DNA of 63,958 bases, the filler included, from Reclinomonas americana ATCC 50394 (Eukaryota), in the NCBI GenBank assembly GCA_048213135.1. It is 7 parts of 3 records of this genome, joined end to end, with 100 filler letters (N's around TTAATTAATTAA, not from the genome) between each part and the next. Parts side by side here need not be neighbours in the genome. Positions count along the whole stretch, not along the records: positions 1 to 9,114 come from PS015169.1; positions 9,215 to 24,978 come from PS015169.1; 5 more parts are not named here. One strand, 5' to 3'. Under the pieces are notes generated by a model that saw nothing but the letters and a program-made list of their open reading frames with translations, did no database searches and was not told the DNA's origin. Of this stretch, positions 1-12,537 are shown in pieces; position 1 is the stretch's first letter, and each line of letters opens with the position of its first letter. The position numbers and the translations under genes are program-made.

Positions 1-3000
1 AAAACAGAGTATCGCCGTGAATTTGTGCTTCGCCAAGATCACCGGCATGTGCTGCTGGTGGGCCACATGATGTCGACCAACTTGAAAGAGTTCTTCAGAG
101 AGTTCTTCCACTCGGCGCACGTGGTGGAGAACGTGCAAATCGCCGTGCTGAATCCTGAACCTCCATCCACCGAAGTGCTGGCGGTGAGTGACGAACTTGC
201 GGTGCTGGACTCGTTGCTCCTTCCTTTCTCACTCCCACCTCCCCGCAGCTGATGCGCTCGTCGGAGGTGGCCGGCCGTGTGCAATACATATCAGGCTATG
301 CACTGCTGCGCGATGATCTTGTACGTGCCAAGGCCGCGGCGGCCACCGGCGCATTTGTGTTGGCCGATCGCCTGGCAGAGGACGGTGATAAGCAAGACGC
401 CACGACTTTCCTGCGAGTGGCCTCCATTCGCGGAAATAACGACTGGTGTCCTATTTACGCGCAAGTGATTCGACCGGAAAACAAGGTGCAGCAGCTGCGG
501 CGCGAGTATGATGATGGGCTCTGTGTTCGTGTGTGCTGACTGTCAGTGTCCGCAGAAACATCTCGAGTCGGCTGGCGCGACGCACGTGGTGTGCACGACA
601 ACGATGAAACTGGTGCGCANNNNNNNNNNNNNNNNNNNNNNNNNNNNNNNNNNNNNNNNNNNNNNNNNNNNNNNNNNNNNNNNNNNNNNNNNNNNNNNNN
701 NNNNNNNNNNNNNNNNNNNNNNNNNNNNNNNNNNNNNNNNNNNNNNNNNNNNNNNNNNNNNNNNNNNNNNNNNNNNNNNNNNNNNNNNNNNNNNNNNNNN
801 NNNNNNNNNNNNNNNNNNNNNNNNNNNNNNNNNNNNNNNNNNNNNNNNNNNNNNNNNNNNNNNNNNNNNNNNNNNNNNNNNNNNNNNNNNNNNNNNNNNN
901 NNNNNNNNNNNNNNNNNNNNNNNNNNNNNNNTTAGTTCACGAATCGAGCGTGCCTGATGGCCATGCTACTCACTGTTGCGAAAACCACACAGAATGTGCT
1001 GGCACGCAGCTGCTTGGTTCCTGGGTTTGCCGTCTTCCTCAACAACCTCATGCGCAACGAGCTTCCGTTCAAGTCGTTCACCATGGAAGAGTGGCCTGCC
1101 GAATACTGTTGCGTCCATATGACACCGTCGTGCACACACACTGGCGACTCACCGCTGCGTCTCGGCAGGTCACGGTGCCGCGCATGAAATCTACACAACC
1201 GTTCTACCAAAGACCATGGAGGGCGTCACTTTTGCCGAGGCTGCTGCTGTTGCGTGTGTGTATGTTTGCGTGCACAAGTCTCTGAGTGCCTCATATTCGT
1301 GTGTGCCAGTACGTGTATGACAAGTTCAACGCCATTCTGTTCGGCGTGAAAGGCTCCATTCAGGATCCGCGCACTGGCGTCGTGGCCGAGGTACGCGCTG
1401 TGATGCACTTGCAGTTTCACGAATTCAATGGTCACCTGTGTGTGTGTCCTTGCTGCAGCGATCGTTGATTGCACCACCGCCCAAGCTAATTGTGCGAGCT
1501 GGGTTCAAGGCCGTGCTGATCGCGCCCGATGTGACGATTGCTTTGCAGTTGGCTTTCGATTCCGATGCTGAGTGGCTGGCCAGTACGACTACTCGCGTCC
1601 GTGCTCTCGCCAGAAAACTGCGACATGTCACAGCGGATTTGGAGCGGAGACGACAACCGGATCGCGATCGGCGGCAATCTCTTATTCGTCGACCGTCACT
1701 CGACCGGTTGCGGGAGGATGCCAGCGGGGCGTCTGCAGTTTTGCAAACGTCAATGTCGGCCCCACCCCCACTGCCGCCACCGCCTTTGCCACCAAGTGAC
1801 GGTCGGCCTTCGCTTGTGTCACTGGTGTGTCAACGGTGTGCTCCTCCCTACTGTACACCCGGTGCTTATAGTTCACTGCCAGCTGTCGGAGGACAACCTG
1901 AGTGTGCAGAGTCTACAGTCTCGCGAGCCGAGCGAAATCACAGGTTGGACTTTTCCGTGCCTGTGCGCGTACTCACAAGCTCGTTTCGTGCTGAACCGGT
2001 GGACTCGTAGATGCCAACCGCCCACAGTACCTTCAGGTCGCCCACATGTTGCAGCGACATGCCAAGTTTGCCTCGAGGTGCGCTTTCGCGAATTCGTGAG
2101 ATGCTGCACATTCACACTGTTCATTGACAACAACCGAGCAGCGCCGAGTCGGTGCTTTCACGGTATTACATTGGATGTCAGACGCGGTCTCTGGAGAGTG
2201 CCATTCTCGATCGAGTACCTGCCGACATCTCTGGACACATTGTGGTGCGCCTTTCCTGTTTCTCACTGTACATGTCGTCTTGCTTTGTTCTGAAACGATG
2301 CGACCAGGTGTGTGGCCCGTTTGCTGATCTCACCTTCTTTGTCATGCCATTGCGAGCGCGGTACCTGGGGTCCGCCGAGTCTCTCATGGACATTGTGGTT
2401 CTGTATGACCGTGCTCCTACAGGTCAGCCTCGCTGTTCTCCACAGAGTTTCGTGCGCGTTGCTTGCTCACCTGCGTTGTGTGTGTGTGCGTGCGCGCGCG
2501 CAGCCGACGAGTGGGCACCGCTGTCCGCGTTCGAGCGCGTGTGGGTTGTGGTCGGCGACGCTCGCGGTAAGTGTGACGTGGTCACTCGTTGTTGTGCCCG
2601 TGAAGAGTGCCCACGTCGAAATGTGTGCGATGCAGAGCTTGTACACTTGGATCGATGCAATTCACGCTCCGCGCGCACTGTCGTGGTTCGTCGATGCTGT
2701 GCTGCGACTCGGTTATTTCACGGAACGATACTCATTGGTGTGTGCATCAGATTCTCCAACACTCCAAGCGAAGCGTCAGCGACAGTGATGCCGCGGACAC
2801 GACGCTTGACGATTACATGGCCATCATGATCCAGCTGCAGGCGGTGCAGTCGTACTCCAACAAGGTGTCTGTAATAACTGACATTGGTGAGGACCTATGC
2901 AGTGCGTTGTGCTCTCTCCTGCCACTCGCCTCGCTAACAATGAGTGCACAGTTCACGAGTCGAGTTTGGTGTTTCTGCGCCCGCGCTCGCGCCTGGCCAA

Positions 3001-4059
3001 CACTGCTGAAGAGTTTTGTGTGCATTAACTGAGCGTCTGCGTGCGCATGCATGACACGCACTCATCTTTACTGCGAACGCCCTCAGTTACACGTATGCAC
3101 TGCCGGTGGTGGCCTCGGGTCGCGCGTACACGAACGACACGCTGGACAACTTGTTGTGCATGGTGTGTCTGTCACCATGCGTTTCTGTTTTTTGGTCGTT
3201 TATTCTGACCCTGAGCTCCCTCAGTCGTACTACACACCCGCTCTCCCGGGACTTGTGGAGCATCTGGTCGGCGCTGTGGACTCGGGCATGCGAGAATTCT
3301 CCATTCCACAGGGTCAAGTGTACTCCATGATGTGCCCCGCATCCCTCGCCGTTGCGTGGTGCCGTTTGTGTGCACAAGCTGGTGAATTGTCCACGGCACA
3401 CTCACGTCGAGTGCAGGGTCGTGAGTTCCGCGACGTGTTCTCCAATTTGCTGCACGGCTTTGGCATCCTCGTGCTGTCGCTGTACAGACATCCGTCGGTG
3501 AAGGGTGCCGACTTGCCGTACGTGTACACTTGCCCGCCACCACATGCGGTGAGTGCGCATGCGACCGTCTAGCTTGTTCGAGCAGTTTTTTTCGCGACTC
3601 ACCGTCTTCACGCAGGAGGTGAACGCGCTGGACAAGTTCATTGTGCTCTCGCAGCGTGATCCGGCCACCATTCAGCTCGGCGACATGAACTTCGACGCCA
3701 TGTCAATAGCGACGCCGGCTGCCAGTCTTGCCAACACTGTGCACGTGGACTGGAACTCACCGTCGCCACCGGGGTCGGTCGTGCGACCATTTTTAGCCGG
3801 GTACGCATGCACAGACTTCTTTGTTGGTTGGTTGCTAGTCGCGTGACTTACCTCTTCCCCGGTCAGTCGAGACGCGACGAGCGTGGAGCTGCCGGGAAGC
3901 CCCGACGTCGAGATGAGCAGCTTACCGGTAGCGTCGCGAATGTCGTCTGTGCGGGTACTGGCGAATGGAGTGGTGCGTGGAACAGAAACTCTCCCGAGTG
4001 CTTTGCTGATACTGACTCACGCTTTCCTGCAGACGGTGATTGGAAGATCGCCTGGGTAA
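1..4059 (+). CDS. Slo/BK-family (KCNMA/KCNT-like) potassium channel, cytosolic RCK1-RCK2 region; 5' truncated, multi-exon, one gap
   Basis: Spliced exons give HVLLVGH..FFREFFH, VQYISG..DLVRAK, LARSCLVPGFAVFLNNL, EYCHGAAHEIY, GHIVVCG..FVMPLRA, ASGRAYTNDTLDNLLCMSYYTP and YVYTCPP, all typical Slo RCK motifs. GT-AG introns throughout. The exact 3' end (TAA 4057-4059) is tentative. Confidence 0.85.
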
Positions 4060-4203
4060 GATGATGTAAATAATAAAGTCCTGTTAGTATGAAGTGCGTG
4101 TCTGCGTTTGTTATTAGGAGAGGCGTGGCGATCAGAGAGTGAGACGGGAACGCCGGCCACTGCCTTCTGTGTGTGTGTGTGTGTGCAAGTGTGTGAGACT
4201 TGG

Positions 4204-5240
4204 ATGGCGTCGAGATCCAACTCGGCCAAGAGCAATGGATCGAGCAACGCCTATCTCGTGAAGGGTGGGATGCACACACACACTCACTCACTCACACACA
4301 ACGAAGCTCACACACACCTGCGTTGTTTCTCTCTCTGTGCTCTGTGTGTATCTCTCTTCCTCCTCTCTCTTGTGTGTGTGCGTGCGTGAATCAGTGGTGC
4401 TGCTTGGCGACAAGGCCGTCGGCAAGAGCTCATTGTTGTTGAGATACACGCGGAATGAGTTCAATCTGGAGTCACGCATGACCATTGGCGTTGAGTTCTC
4501 CACCAAGGAGGTGGTGTTGGCGAGTGGCTTGCGAGTGTCGGTGCAGCTGTGGGATACCGCTGGACAGGAGAGGTTTCGCTCAATCAGTCAATTGTTGCGT
4601 CGCGTGCCCTCCATCACCACACACACAACGAAGCACGTATGCTTTCCTTGAGAGAGCACAGTGTTGTTGGAGCTCCTCCTCCTCCTCTACCTTGTCTCCC
4701 TCGTCCGTTCACTCGCTGTATGTGTGTGTGTGTCGCACAGTTATTACAATGGAGCCAAGGGCGCGATGTTGGTGTACGACATATCAAACGCGGAGACCTT
4801 TGTCAACGTGCAGTACTGGCTGGAGGAGCTCAAGGCCAAGAGTTCACAAATGCCCGTGTGCCTCCTGGTCGGCAACAAGGTCTTTCCTCATTCATCGTAC
4901 TCGATCGCTTGTTGCTCTTCTTGTTGCTCACTCCCTGCACACACAGAACGACCTGGAGCACCTGCGCGAAGTACCTACGTCTGAGGGAGCGGCACTGGCA
5001 CGACGCGAGGGCTTCATGTTTATCGAGGCCTCGGCGCTGGCCAGTGCCAATGTGGAGCTGGCGTTCACCCACCTCCTGGAGGAGGTGATGTCGAGAGAGA
5101 CCACGCGGAAACTGAATCGCAGCGGTGACAGCGATGCCGGTGACGAGGGCGCACAAGGCGGCGCAGAGACACCGACCAGGGTCGACTTGTCGCGACGTAA
5201 CACACTCGAAATACCAAGGCCCAAAAAACCATGTTGTTGA
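4204..5240 (+). CDS. Rab GTPase, Rab11-like (4 exons)
   Basis: KVVLLGDKAVGKS, TIGVEF, QLWDTAGQERFRSI, YYNGAKGAMLVYD, GNKNDLEHLREV, FIEASA and a C-terminal CC prenylation motif. Confidence 0.92.
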
Positions 5241-5360
5241 CCGAAGAATAGGAAGTACGCACGCTCAAGAGGGGGAAAGTGGGGCACCTAGTGTATCTGG
5301 CTGTATGATCGCCTTGCGTCCTGCAGATCATCGTTTTCATTGATTAGATCGCTGACTAAA

Positions 5361-7181
5361 ATGGCAACGCAGCAACACCCCTCGCCCTCATCGCCCTCGT
5401 CTGAGGCGGAGGACGATGTGAGTCTTGGCCCACTGCCAGCCTCGTGCTTGCAATACGTCTTTGCGTTCCTCGTGGTCGAGGACTTGGAGCGACAGTGGAC
5501 CACCAGTCGAGCATTCTGCAAGGCGTTTGGTGCGACAACAGAGAGCACGCGTCTCTATGCTCTCCCTCCTCTCTCTCTCTCTCATGCAGCCCTCCCTCTC
5601 CCGCACAGAGCGATTTGTCGGCTGTGTCCGCATTCGCGGATTTCAGGCGGCTGCAGTGCTGTCGCGCGGACTCGACTTGTTCCCCCGTCTGTGCAACATT
5701 GAGCTGAAGGATGCCGATCTGCCGGCACAAGGCGCAGCGGCGGTGATCTGTCGAGTGTTGCGTGAGCGGCCTCTGCTCACGCACTTGTCGTTGAAACGTG
5801 CGTCATTGTGTCACAAGAGAAGCGAGTTGTCTCTCGTCGGCTGATGGTGACTGGCTGCGTGCAGACGTGGAGCTGCAGGACGAGTTCATGGCGTCGATTG
5901 CGGAGGGCCTGGTGGCGAACACGAGTCTGGTGGTGTTGCGACTGGAGAGTTGCGCGTCGCCGCTCTCCTGCGAGAGTGCAAGCGGAACACTGACGACGCT
6001 TTTTTTCTTTGCCATACGCACAGGCAACCGCATTGGCTGCGATGGCGCCGAGGTGTTGGCCACCAGCCTCGAGCAGCATCCGTGCCTGAGAGTGCTCTCG
6101 TTGCAGGGCAATCGCGTTGGTGAGCGCGGGGTGGCGGCCCTCGGCAAGCAGGTGCTGGCGCGTGTGCACAGTGTCAATCTGCAGTCGAATCGTCTGGGTG
6201 CTGGTGGTGCCGCCAACATTGCTGCGTCTCTTGTGCAACACGCGCGAGGTTCATTACGTTCCATCAATCTGTGTGGATGCCGTCTGGAGAATGCCGGCGT
6301 GGAGCACTTGGCGGCTGCGCTGCGCGTCAACAGCACACTCACCTCGTTGAATGTGCAATCGAATCGCCTCACGGACGCCTCGGCGCTGGTGCTCTCCGAC
6401 GCCCTCTGCAGCAACCAGGCGGTACGAAAGCTGGACCTCTTCTGGAACGGCATCACGGCAGAGGGTGCGCGGCACTTGGCGCACCTGCTCACGCGACCCG
6501 GCTCGTGTCTCGAGTACCTGAATCTGGCGCGGAACAAGATCGGGCCACTCGGTGCGAGGGCACTGGCCGAGGCGCTTGTGGACAAGCACTGCGTCCTCCA
6601 AGTGCTGCATTTGGCCTCCAACGACATTGGCGCCGGCGAAGGCTGTGAGGCGCTGTGCGACGCCCTGCGCGCCAACCCCGTTCTGCAGCACCTGCACGTT
6701 CCTGGCAATCGATGTATGTTGTCTCTTTCTGCCGGGCCGCTGAAAAGAAGCAGCTCAACTCGTGATCATGCGCAGTTGGCGACCAGGGAATGCTTCAGGT
6801 GGCCGAGGCTCTGACGCACAACACGCATCTCGAGTCAATCAGTCTGCAGTCGAACGGCATCAGCGACGAGTGCGCGGAGCAGGTGGCGAACACGTGGACA
6901 AGTGCCATGGGTGAGGTCGTTGCCGGCGATGGACTCGTGCTGCACTTGCGGCGTCTGCGGTTGCAGAGTGCGTATCCATCCACACGCCCCCCACTCCCTT
7001 TCACCTCCTCATCACCGCCTCACTTCTCGGTCGTGCAGGCAACCAGCTGACGCCTGTCGGAGTGGATCTGATTGCTCGAGCGTGCAACGCGCCGACTTCA
7101 CGCTGCTCCTTCGATCTCGACCCCGCAGCGGCGACGTCGTTCGGTGCCGATGCCATCGACGCGACAGACGACCACGAATAA
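5361..7181 (+). CDS. F-box-like + ribonuclease-inhibitor-type LRR protein
   Basis: N-terminal LPASCLQYVFAFLVVEDL resembles an F-box. Many LxxLxLxxNxIgxxGaxxLa repeats follow. Introns restore the frames, with the stop TAA at 7179-7181. Confidence 0.8.
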
Positions 7182-7471
7182 TAATTGTAGTAGAATTATC
7201 ACCGATAGAAAGAGGAATCGGGAGGAGGGAGGAAAGTCTGCGCTTCAATTATAGGTCACGGGAGCAGCAGTGAGCAAGGAAGGGGGAAAATGAGAGTCGA
7301 GCAAAGGGCAGTCTGGCTAACAAAATACACACATACAACACGCACAACAGTCGCAATAATGAGGTGAGTGTCATTGCCACGCACAAAAATCCTGTACATC
7401 AAGGTCTATCAGAGGGAAGAGGAGGGGGAGAAAGTCAAGGATGAAACTAGAGCCACACACACACACAAAAA

Positions 7472-7722
7472 CTAGACCGGCACGGGTGGCGGGGGGACAT
7501 AGTCCGCACGTCGACTCAATCTCATCACAATCTCATACAGCGTGGAGGTCAGCGAAGACAGCGGCACGGAGACCATGAGTCGCGGGAAGAGGCCCTTGGC
7601 TAACGCAATGGCGCCTTCCCTTTGCACGACCCGTTTGAGAATGGCGAAGACATTGGTGCCGCCATACGTCCCTATTCGTGTTTGCAGGCGAGACTTGGCG
7701 AGGTCCAGAGGATTCGTAAGCA
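7472..7722 (-). CDS. Mitochondrial carrier (SLC25), last exon
   Basis: LTNPLDLAKSRLQ (Px[DE]xx[KR] signature) and EGAIALAKGLFPRL. The phase-1 acceptor matches the phase-1 donor at 9106/9107. Confidence 0.85.
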
Positions 7723-8604
7723 CTGCCGTAGACACAGACTGGCTGTGAGTCGTCTGTGGAGGGGGTGCGTATATGGGCACACGTNNNNNNNNNNNNNNNN
7801 NNNNNNNNNNNNNNNNNNNNNNNNNNNNNNNNNNNNNNNNNNNNNNNNNNNNNNNNNNNNNNNNNNNNNNNNNNNNNNNNNNNNNNNNNNNNNNNNNNNN
7901 NNNNNNNNNNNNNNNNNNNNNNNNNNNNNNNNNNNNNNNNNNNNNNNNNNNNNNNNNNNNNNNNNNNNNNNNNNNNNNNNNNNNNNNNNNNNNNNNNNNN
8001 NNNNNNNNNNNNNNNNNNNNNNNNNNNNNNNNNNNNNNNNNNNNNNNNNNNNNNNNNNNNNNNNNNNNNNNNNNNNNNNNNNNNNNNNNNNNNNNNNNNN
8101 NNNNNNNNNNNNNNNNNNNNNNNNNNNNNNNNNNNNNNNNNNNNNNNNNNNNNNNNNNNNNNNNNNNNNNNNNNNNNNNNNNNNNNNNNNNNNNNNNNNN
8201 NNNNNNNNNNNNNNNNNNNNNNNNNNNNNNNNNNNNNNNNNNNNNNNNNNNNNNNNNNNNNNNNNNNNNNNNNNNNNNNNNNNNNNNNNNNNNNNNNNNN
8301 NNNNNNNNNNNNNNNNNNNNNNNNNNNNNNNNNNNNNNNNNNNNNNNNNNNNNNNNNNNNNNNNNNNNNNNNNNNNNNNNNNNNNNNNNNNNNNNNNNNN
8401 NNNNNNNNNNNNNNNNNNNNNNNNNNNNNNNNNNNNNNNNNNNNNNNNNNNNNNNNNNNNNNNNNNNNNNNNNNNNNNNNNNNNNNNNNNNNNNNNNNNN
8501 NNNNNNNNNNNNNNNNNNNNNNNNNNNNNNNNNNNNNNNNNNNNNNNNNNNNNNNNNNNNNNNNNNNNNNNNNNNNNNNNNNNNNNNNNNNNNNNNNNNN
8601 NNNN

Positions 8605-9106
8605 GTGTGGCGACGAGATGGCATTCGCGGTCTGTACCGCGGCATGGCCTACTCCACCGTGGTCTCGTTTCCGTGTCAGGCAATCTACATTTCCACCTAC
8701 AACATCACCAAGCATCACCTCGAGAAGCTGAATGGAGGTCGCGCGGAGCAGGGTCGTGGGCACGTGGTGCCTCCCGCGGTGGTCCCCATGGTGGCGGGTG
8801 TGGTGGCCGATGTGGCGTCGATGACGGTGTGGGTGCCGCAGGAGGTGGTGACGCAAAATGTGCAAGTGCAAAATCGCGAACCCGGTGCGCGGCCTGTCGG
8901 CGCCACCACCATCATTCGCAGAATCGTCAAGCAGGAGGGTGTGTTGGGTCTCTACCGTGGCATCGGCGCGTCCATCATGACATACGCACCGGCATCCGGC
9001 ATCTGGTGGGGAGCCTACGAGGGCACCAAGAGAGCACTTACTGGGGCCAACATGGGCCCCGCGTGGCACTGGATCGCAGGTGCGGTGGCTGGCGTCACCA
9101 CCTCAG
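8605..9106 (+). CDS. Mitochondrial carrier, middle exon (contig apparently mis-oriented in the assembly)
   Basis: DGIRGLYRG, VPQEVVTQNVQ, EGVLGLYRG and PASGIWWGAYE. It fits between the minus-strand N- and C-terminal pieces. Confidence 0.85.
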
Positions 9107-9158
9107 GTACGCGCNNNNNNNNNNNNNNNNNNNNNNNNNNNNNNNNNNNNNNNNNNNN

Positions 9159-9170
9159 TTAATTAATTAA
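9159..9170. other. Artificial scaffold linker TTAATTAATTAA (also at 25023, 33918, 52596, 57777, 62793)
   Basis: An identical six-frame-stop 12-mer flanked by 44 N on each side. Confidence 0.97.
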
Positions 9171-9214
9171 NNNNNNNNNNNNNNNNNNNNNNNNNNNNNN
9201 NNNNNNNNNNNNNN

Positions 9215-9685
9215 ATCAGCTATCTCCCGGCGATAGGCCGTCCAGAAGGCAGCCGAGCGCAAGTTGGTGTGCAGGCGCGTCTTTTTTTTTTACTACAGTG
9301 GTGGTGTGAGTGATGAGAAAGAGAGAGAGGGAGAAACTGCACAGCGCGACACACCTGAATCAGATCGTGTGGGTACATCAGCAGGTTCTCGCCGACTGCA
9401 AACAGCGCGCCTGTGACAACACACAGTGTGAGCCAAACTGCACAGCGAATCTTGACCACGAGCGCACAGAGAGAGAGAGAGAGAGAGAGCACATTGCACG
9501 CCTCTCTATCTCTCACTGTGCACACACGCACCATAGGCGAGGAACTTGGGCACCGACACCTCCGGCCACAGTTCTTTCGTGAATGCATCGACTCGTTGCG
9601 AGAATGTCGGCTTCTTCTGCTGTGCAGAGGGTGGTGGTGGCGATGATGCACCCTCCACTCCCGCATGTGCGCCGTCCTCCACCAT
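9215..9685 (-). CDS. Mitochondrial carrier, N-terminal exons
   Basis: MVEDGAH...KFLAY|GALFAVGENLLMYPHDLIQ|TRLH carries the first carrier signature and runs into a gap. Confidence 0.75.
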
Positions 9686-9802
9686 ACCACACCTTCTTCG
9701 CTCACAGAGACACAAGAGAGAGCGAGATTGATGATTGGTCACATCGATCCGTCCGTCTTCGTCGTGTTTATTAATAGTGCGGATCGGAGAGTTGTCTTTG
9801 TG

Positions 9803-11024
9803 ATGAACGCGTCGGTGCTGGAGGATCTGAGCGAGTTCGCCGTGCATCACAACCTGCGCCTGTTGCGTAAGCGTGTGGGCGAGTGGATCCGATCGGGCGA
9901 CGAGGAAGCATCCGCGTGGAGCGATGAGGAGGTGGAGGCGATCCTCAGAGATCGCGATCGCGTGGCGGCGAGACTGGCGGCGATGCCGCGAGAGGCGTGC
10001 GTGTTGGTGACGACAGGTACGTTGTGTGGGGTGTGATGTGTGTGTGTATGCGTCTCTGTGGTGCCGACGAGCCAACAGGATCGTTCTGCCCGCCGCATCG
10101 GAGCCATTTCAAGGTTGGTGTGCGTCGTCTGTCGTCCACTGACAACTCCCGCTGACGGTAGACGCAGTTGTTTCGTGCGGCCAAGAAGCACTTGGAGGCG
10201 GAGCCGCGCAACCTGCACGTGCTGGCCGGACTGATGTCGCCGAGTCATGATGTGTACACGTCGTCGAAGCTGCGGCACGAACGCGGTCACATTCCGTCGA
10301 TGCATCGCTTGCGCATGCTGCAACGGGCGCTCGATGGTGAAGAGGAGCTGGCCGACCTGCGCGAGTGGGTCACGGTGGATCCGTGGGAGTCGTGTCAGGA
10401 GGGTTTCGTCAACTTTCCCAGCGTGGTGCGCCACCTGCAGGCGGAAATCGACGAAATGTTCCCCGGGCTGCGCACACTCTACCTGTGTGGGGAGGATCTG
10501 TGTCGCAACTGCAACCTCTGGTTCTATCCGTTGCGTGGGGGGTGGAGATGGGCCCGCAAAGAATGTCGTGTCAAGGTAATAATATCTTTGTCGCGTGGCA
10601 GGCACGTGGTGTGTGTTCGTCGACGCGAGTCGGATGCAGACGGTGATGATGACGACGATGACGATGACGACGACGACGACGACTTCTACCGCCAGAGGAG
10701 AAAGGTGCCGGCCAACACCAAGTGTTACGTGGTGGACGCGGACCACGCCGAACCCGACACGCTGAGCAGCACCACAGTTCGGAATCGCGTTCGCCAAGTT
10801 GCGTGGCTCCTGTATCACCAATGCTGCTGGGAATGCACTCACCAGTGTGATCCTCTCCCGTGTGCGCAGGGTTGGTTATCGCAGCTGCAGAGATTCCAAC
10901 ACATCTGCTTCCTTGTTCTGACTCCTACACAGGCAAGGGCGTGTCGCACATCACCTTTCCGTCCGTCGAAGAGTACTTGGTCGAACATCAGCTGCTGACC
11001 TCGTCGAGACGGCATGACAAGTAA
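9803..11024 (+). CDS. NMNAT/NadD-like cytidylyltransferase-superfamily nucleotidyltransferase (includes a 1-nt exon at 10870)
   Basis: VTTGSFCPPHRSH (HxGH-like), SPSHDVY, HRLRML, VDPWES, YLCGEDL, HVVCVRR and LSSTTVRNRVRQGKGVSHITFPSVEEYLVEHQL. The start may instead be the upstream ATG at 9731. Confidence 0.85.
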
Positions 11025-11126
11025 GCAGGAGGGCACACACAACACAGCCTGTAACCTAGTAAATTCGTGACAACAGATTCTAGAGAGAGATGAAGAGAGA
11101 GAGAGAGAGTCAAACGGTCGGCGGTG

Positions 11127-12488
11127 TCACCGCAGCTCCACGTGCAGTCGGTCGCGAGTGAGACACCGCACGTCCTCCTGGATGTCGTCGACCTCCTCGT
11201 TGGTCATGCTCCGTTCCATGCTGCGGTATGTGATGCGGTAGCACAGGCTGCGACGGCCAGTCTTCGGGTGTTTAAAGTCGTCGATGCGCTTGACAGTTTC
11301 CACCAGGTCACCGGCACGTTCGCGCACCAACTCCATGAGGTCGTTCTCCACAAACGGCGCCGCGGCACTCTCCCAGAAACTCATGTCCTTGAAACATGGC
11401 GGGTACTTGCTGAAGGGTCGGAACTTGACAATCTCGCCACGACGGAATTGCGAGGTGAATCGCTCGTCTGCGCACATACTCAGCAAAGGCGAGGCAGGAT
11501 GAGGGGTGCTGTCACCGGCGCCTCACCATCAGACCAAAACAGACGAATGTCGGTGATCTCGAACAGAATCATGGCCAGTCGATCAAGACCGAGACCAAAG
11601 GCCCAGCCGTTGTCGCGGTCGGGTACGCCACACTGCTGCAAAATCTTGCGTGCCACCACGCCACACCCCAGCACCTCCATCCACTTGTCGTTGTAGTAGA
11701 TCTCCAACTCCAACGACGGATCCGTGAACGGGAAGTACGCCTCCACCCAGCGCATCTCCACGTTGCCAAACAGACTGCGCGTCACCGACTCGAGACGCGC
11801 CTTCAAATCGGCCTCCACCAGTGCCGTGGCCACTGGAGCGTCGGGTGAACTTCCGGGCAACTCGCCCGGTGAAAAGATCCGCACACCCTCCATCTGGTGA
11901 AACACCGGGTAGTGATGGCTGTCGACTTCGTCGCGGCGGTACACATCGCCGGAGCACAAAAAGGCACGATGACCGGCACGAATCAACTGCGACAGCAGAG
12001 GGAGGTCAGCGCAAGAGTGTGTGGCGAAGGGGAGACGGGCCAACCTGATTCTGATGTGCCGATGTGTGCGTGCGCAGCAGTGTCTGCGAGTCGTAGTAGT
12101 ATGTGTCGTGAGGCGATCGACTGACGTGGTCGGTGGGGATGAGCAGCTCGTCAAAGTTCTGCTGCACGGTCACCCGAGGCGGCAGCGAGTCGGCAAACTG
12201 TGCATGCATGCAGGCATGCGACAAATGTCAATCATCAGCATGCACAAAATGCATGCATTCTGCACACACACACACACACACACGCGCGCGCGCAACGTGG
12301 TACACGCCGGGAAACGCTTGCTCAAACTGCTTCTCAATGTGCCGCTTGATGATGCCAATGGGATGTGCGGGCAGTCGGTGCAGTGAGCGACCGACTTTGG
12401 CCTGCACGGAGGCTGGAATGTTGCAGGTGATGGTGCTGGCAGTGGGTGCGTTGGACAGCCATGCCCGCGAGATGCGTGTGCTCCACAT
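11127..12488 (-). CDS. FARS2: Mitochondrial phenylalanyl-tRNA synthetase
   Basis: [86 protein letters not shown] and the C-terminal FDX-ACB domain ([14 protein letters not shown]). Confidence 0.95.
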
Positions 12489-12537
12489 GGTGTGCACGAC
12501 AACAAAGGAAGGACAAATACACATAAAATGCCGACGT

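Noticed and set aside
4594-4740. Possible hidden micro-exon in the long Rab intron (CACAG-T-GTTG at about 4661)
   Set aside because: Direct splicing already keeps the frame (ISQFYYNG). Adding 1 or 4 nt would break it.
5803-6708. Long antisense ORFs opposite GC-rich genes (also 9847-10842 and 12551-13372)
   Set aside because: These are shadow ORFs expected from high GC3 codon usage and have no recognisable motifs.
9115-9214. Recurring TTAATTAATTAA motif (six copies) as a biological element
   Set aside because: It is always centred in exactly 44+44 N, so it is a synthetic six-frame-stop contig linker.
7472-9685. Mitochondrial carrier exons on opposite strands, suggesting trans-splicing or gene scrambling
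   Set aside because: The inverted exon is a small contig bounded by gaps on both sides, and flipping it gives a normal collinear gene with matching intron phase. Mis-orientation is the simplest explanation.
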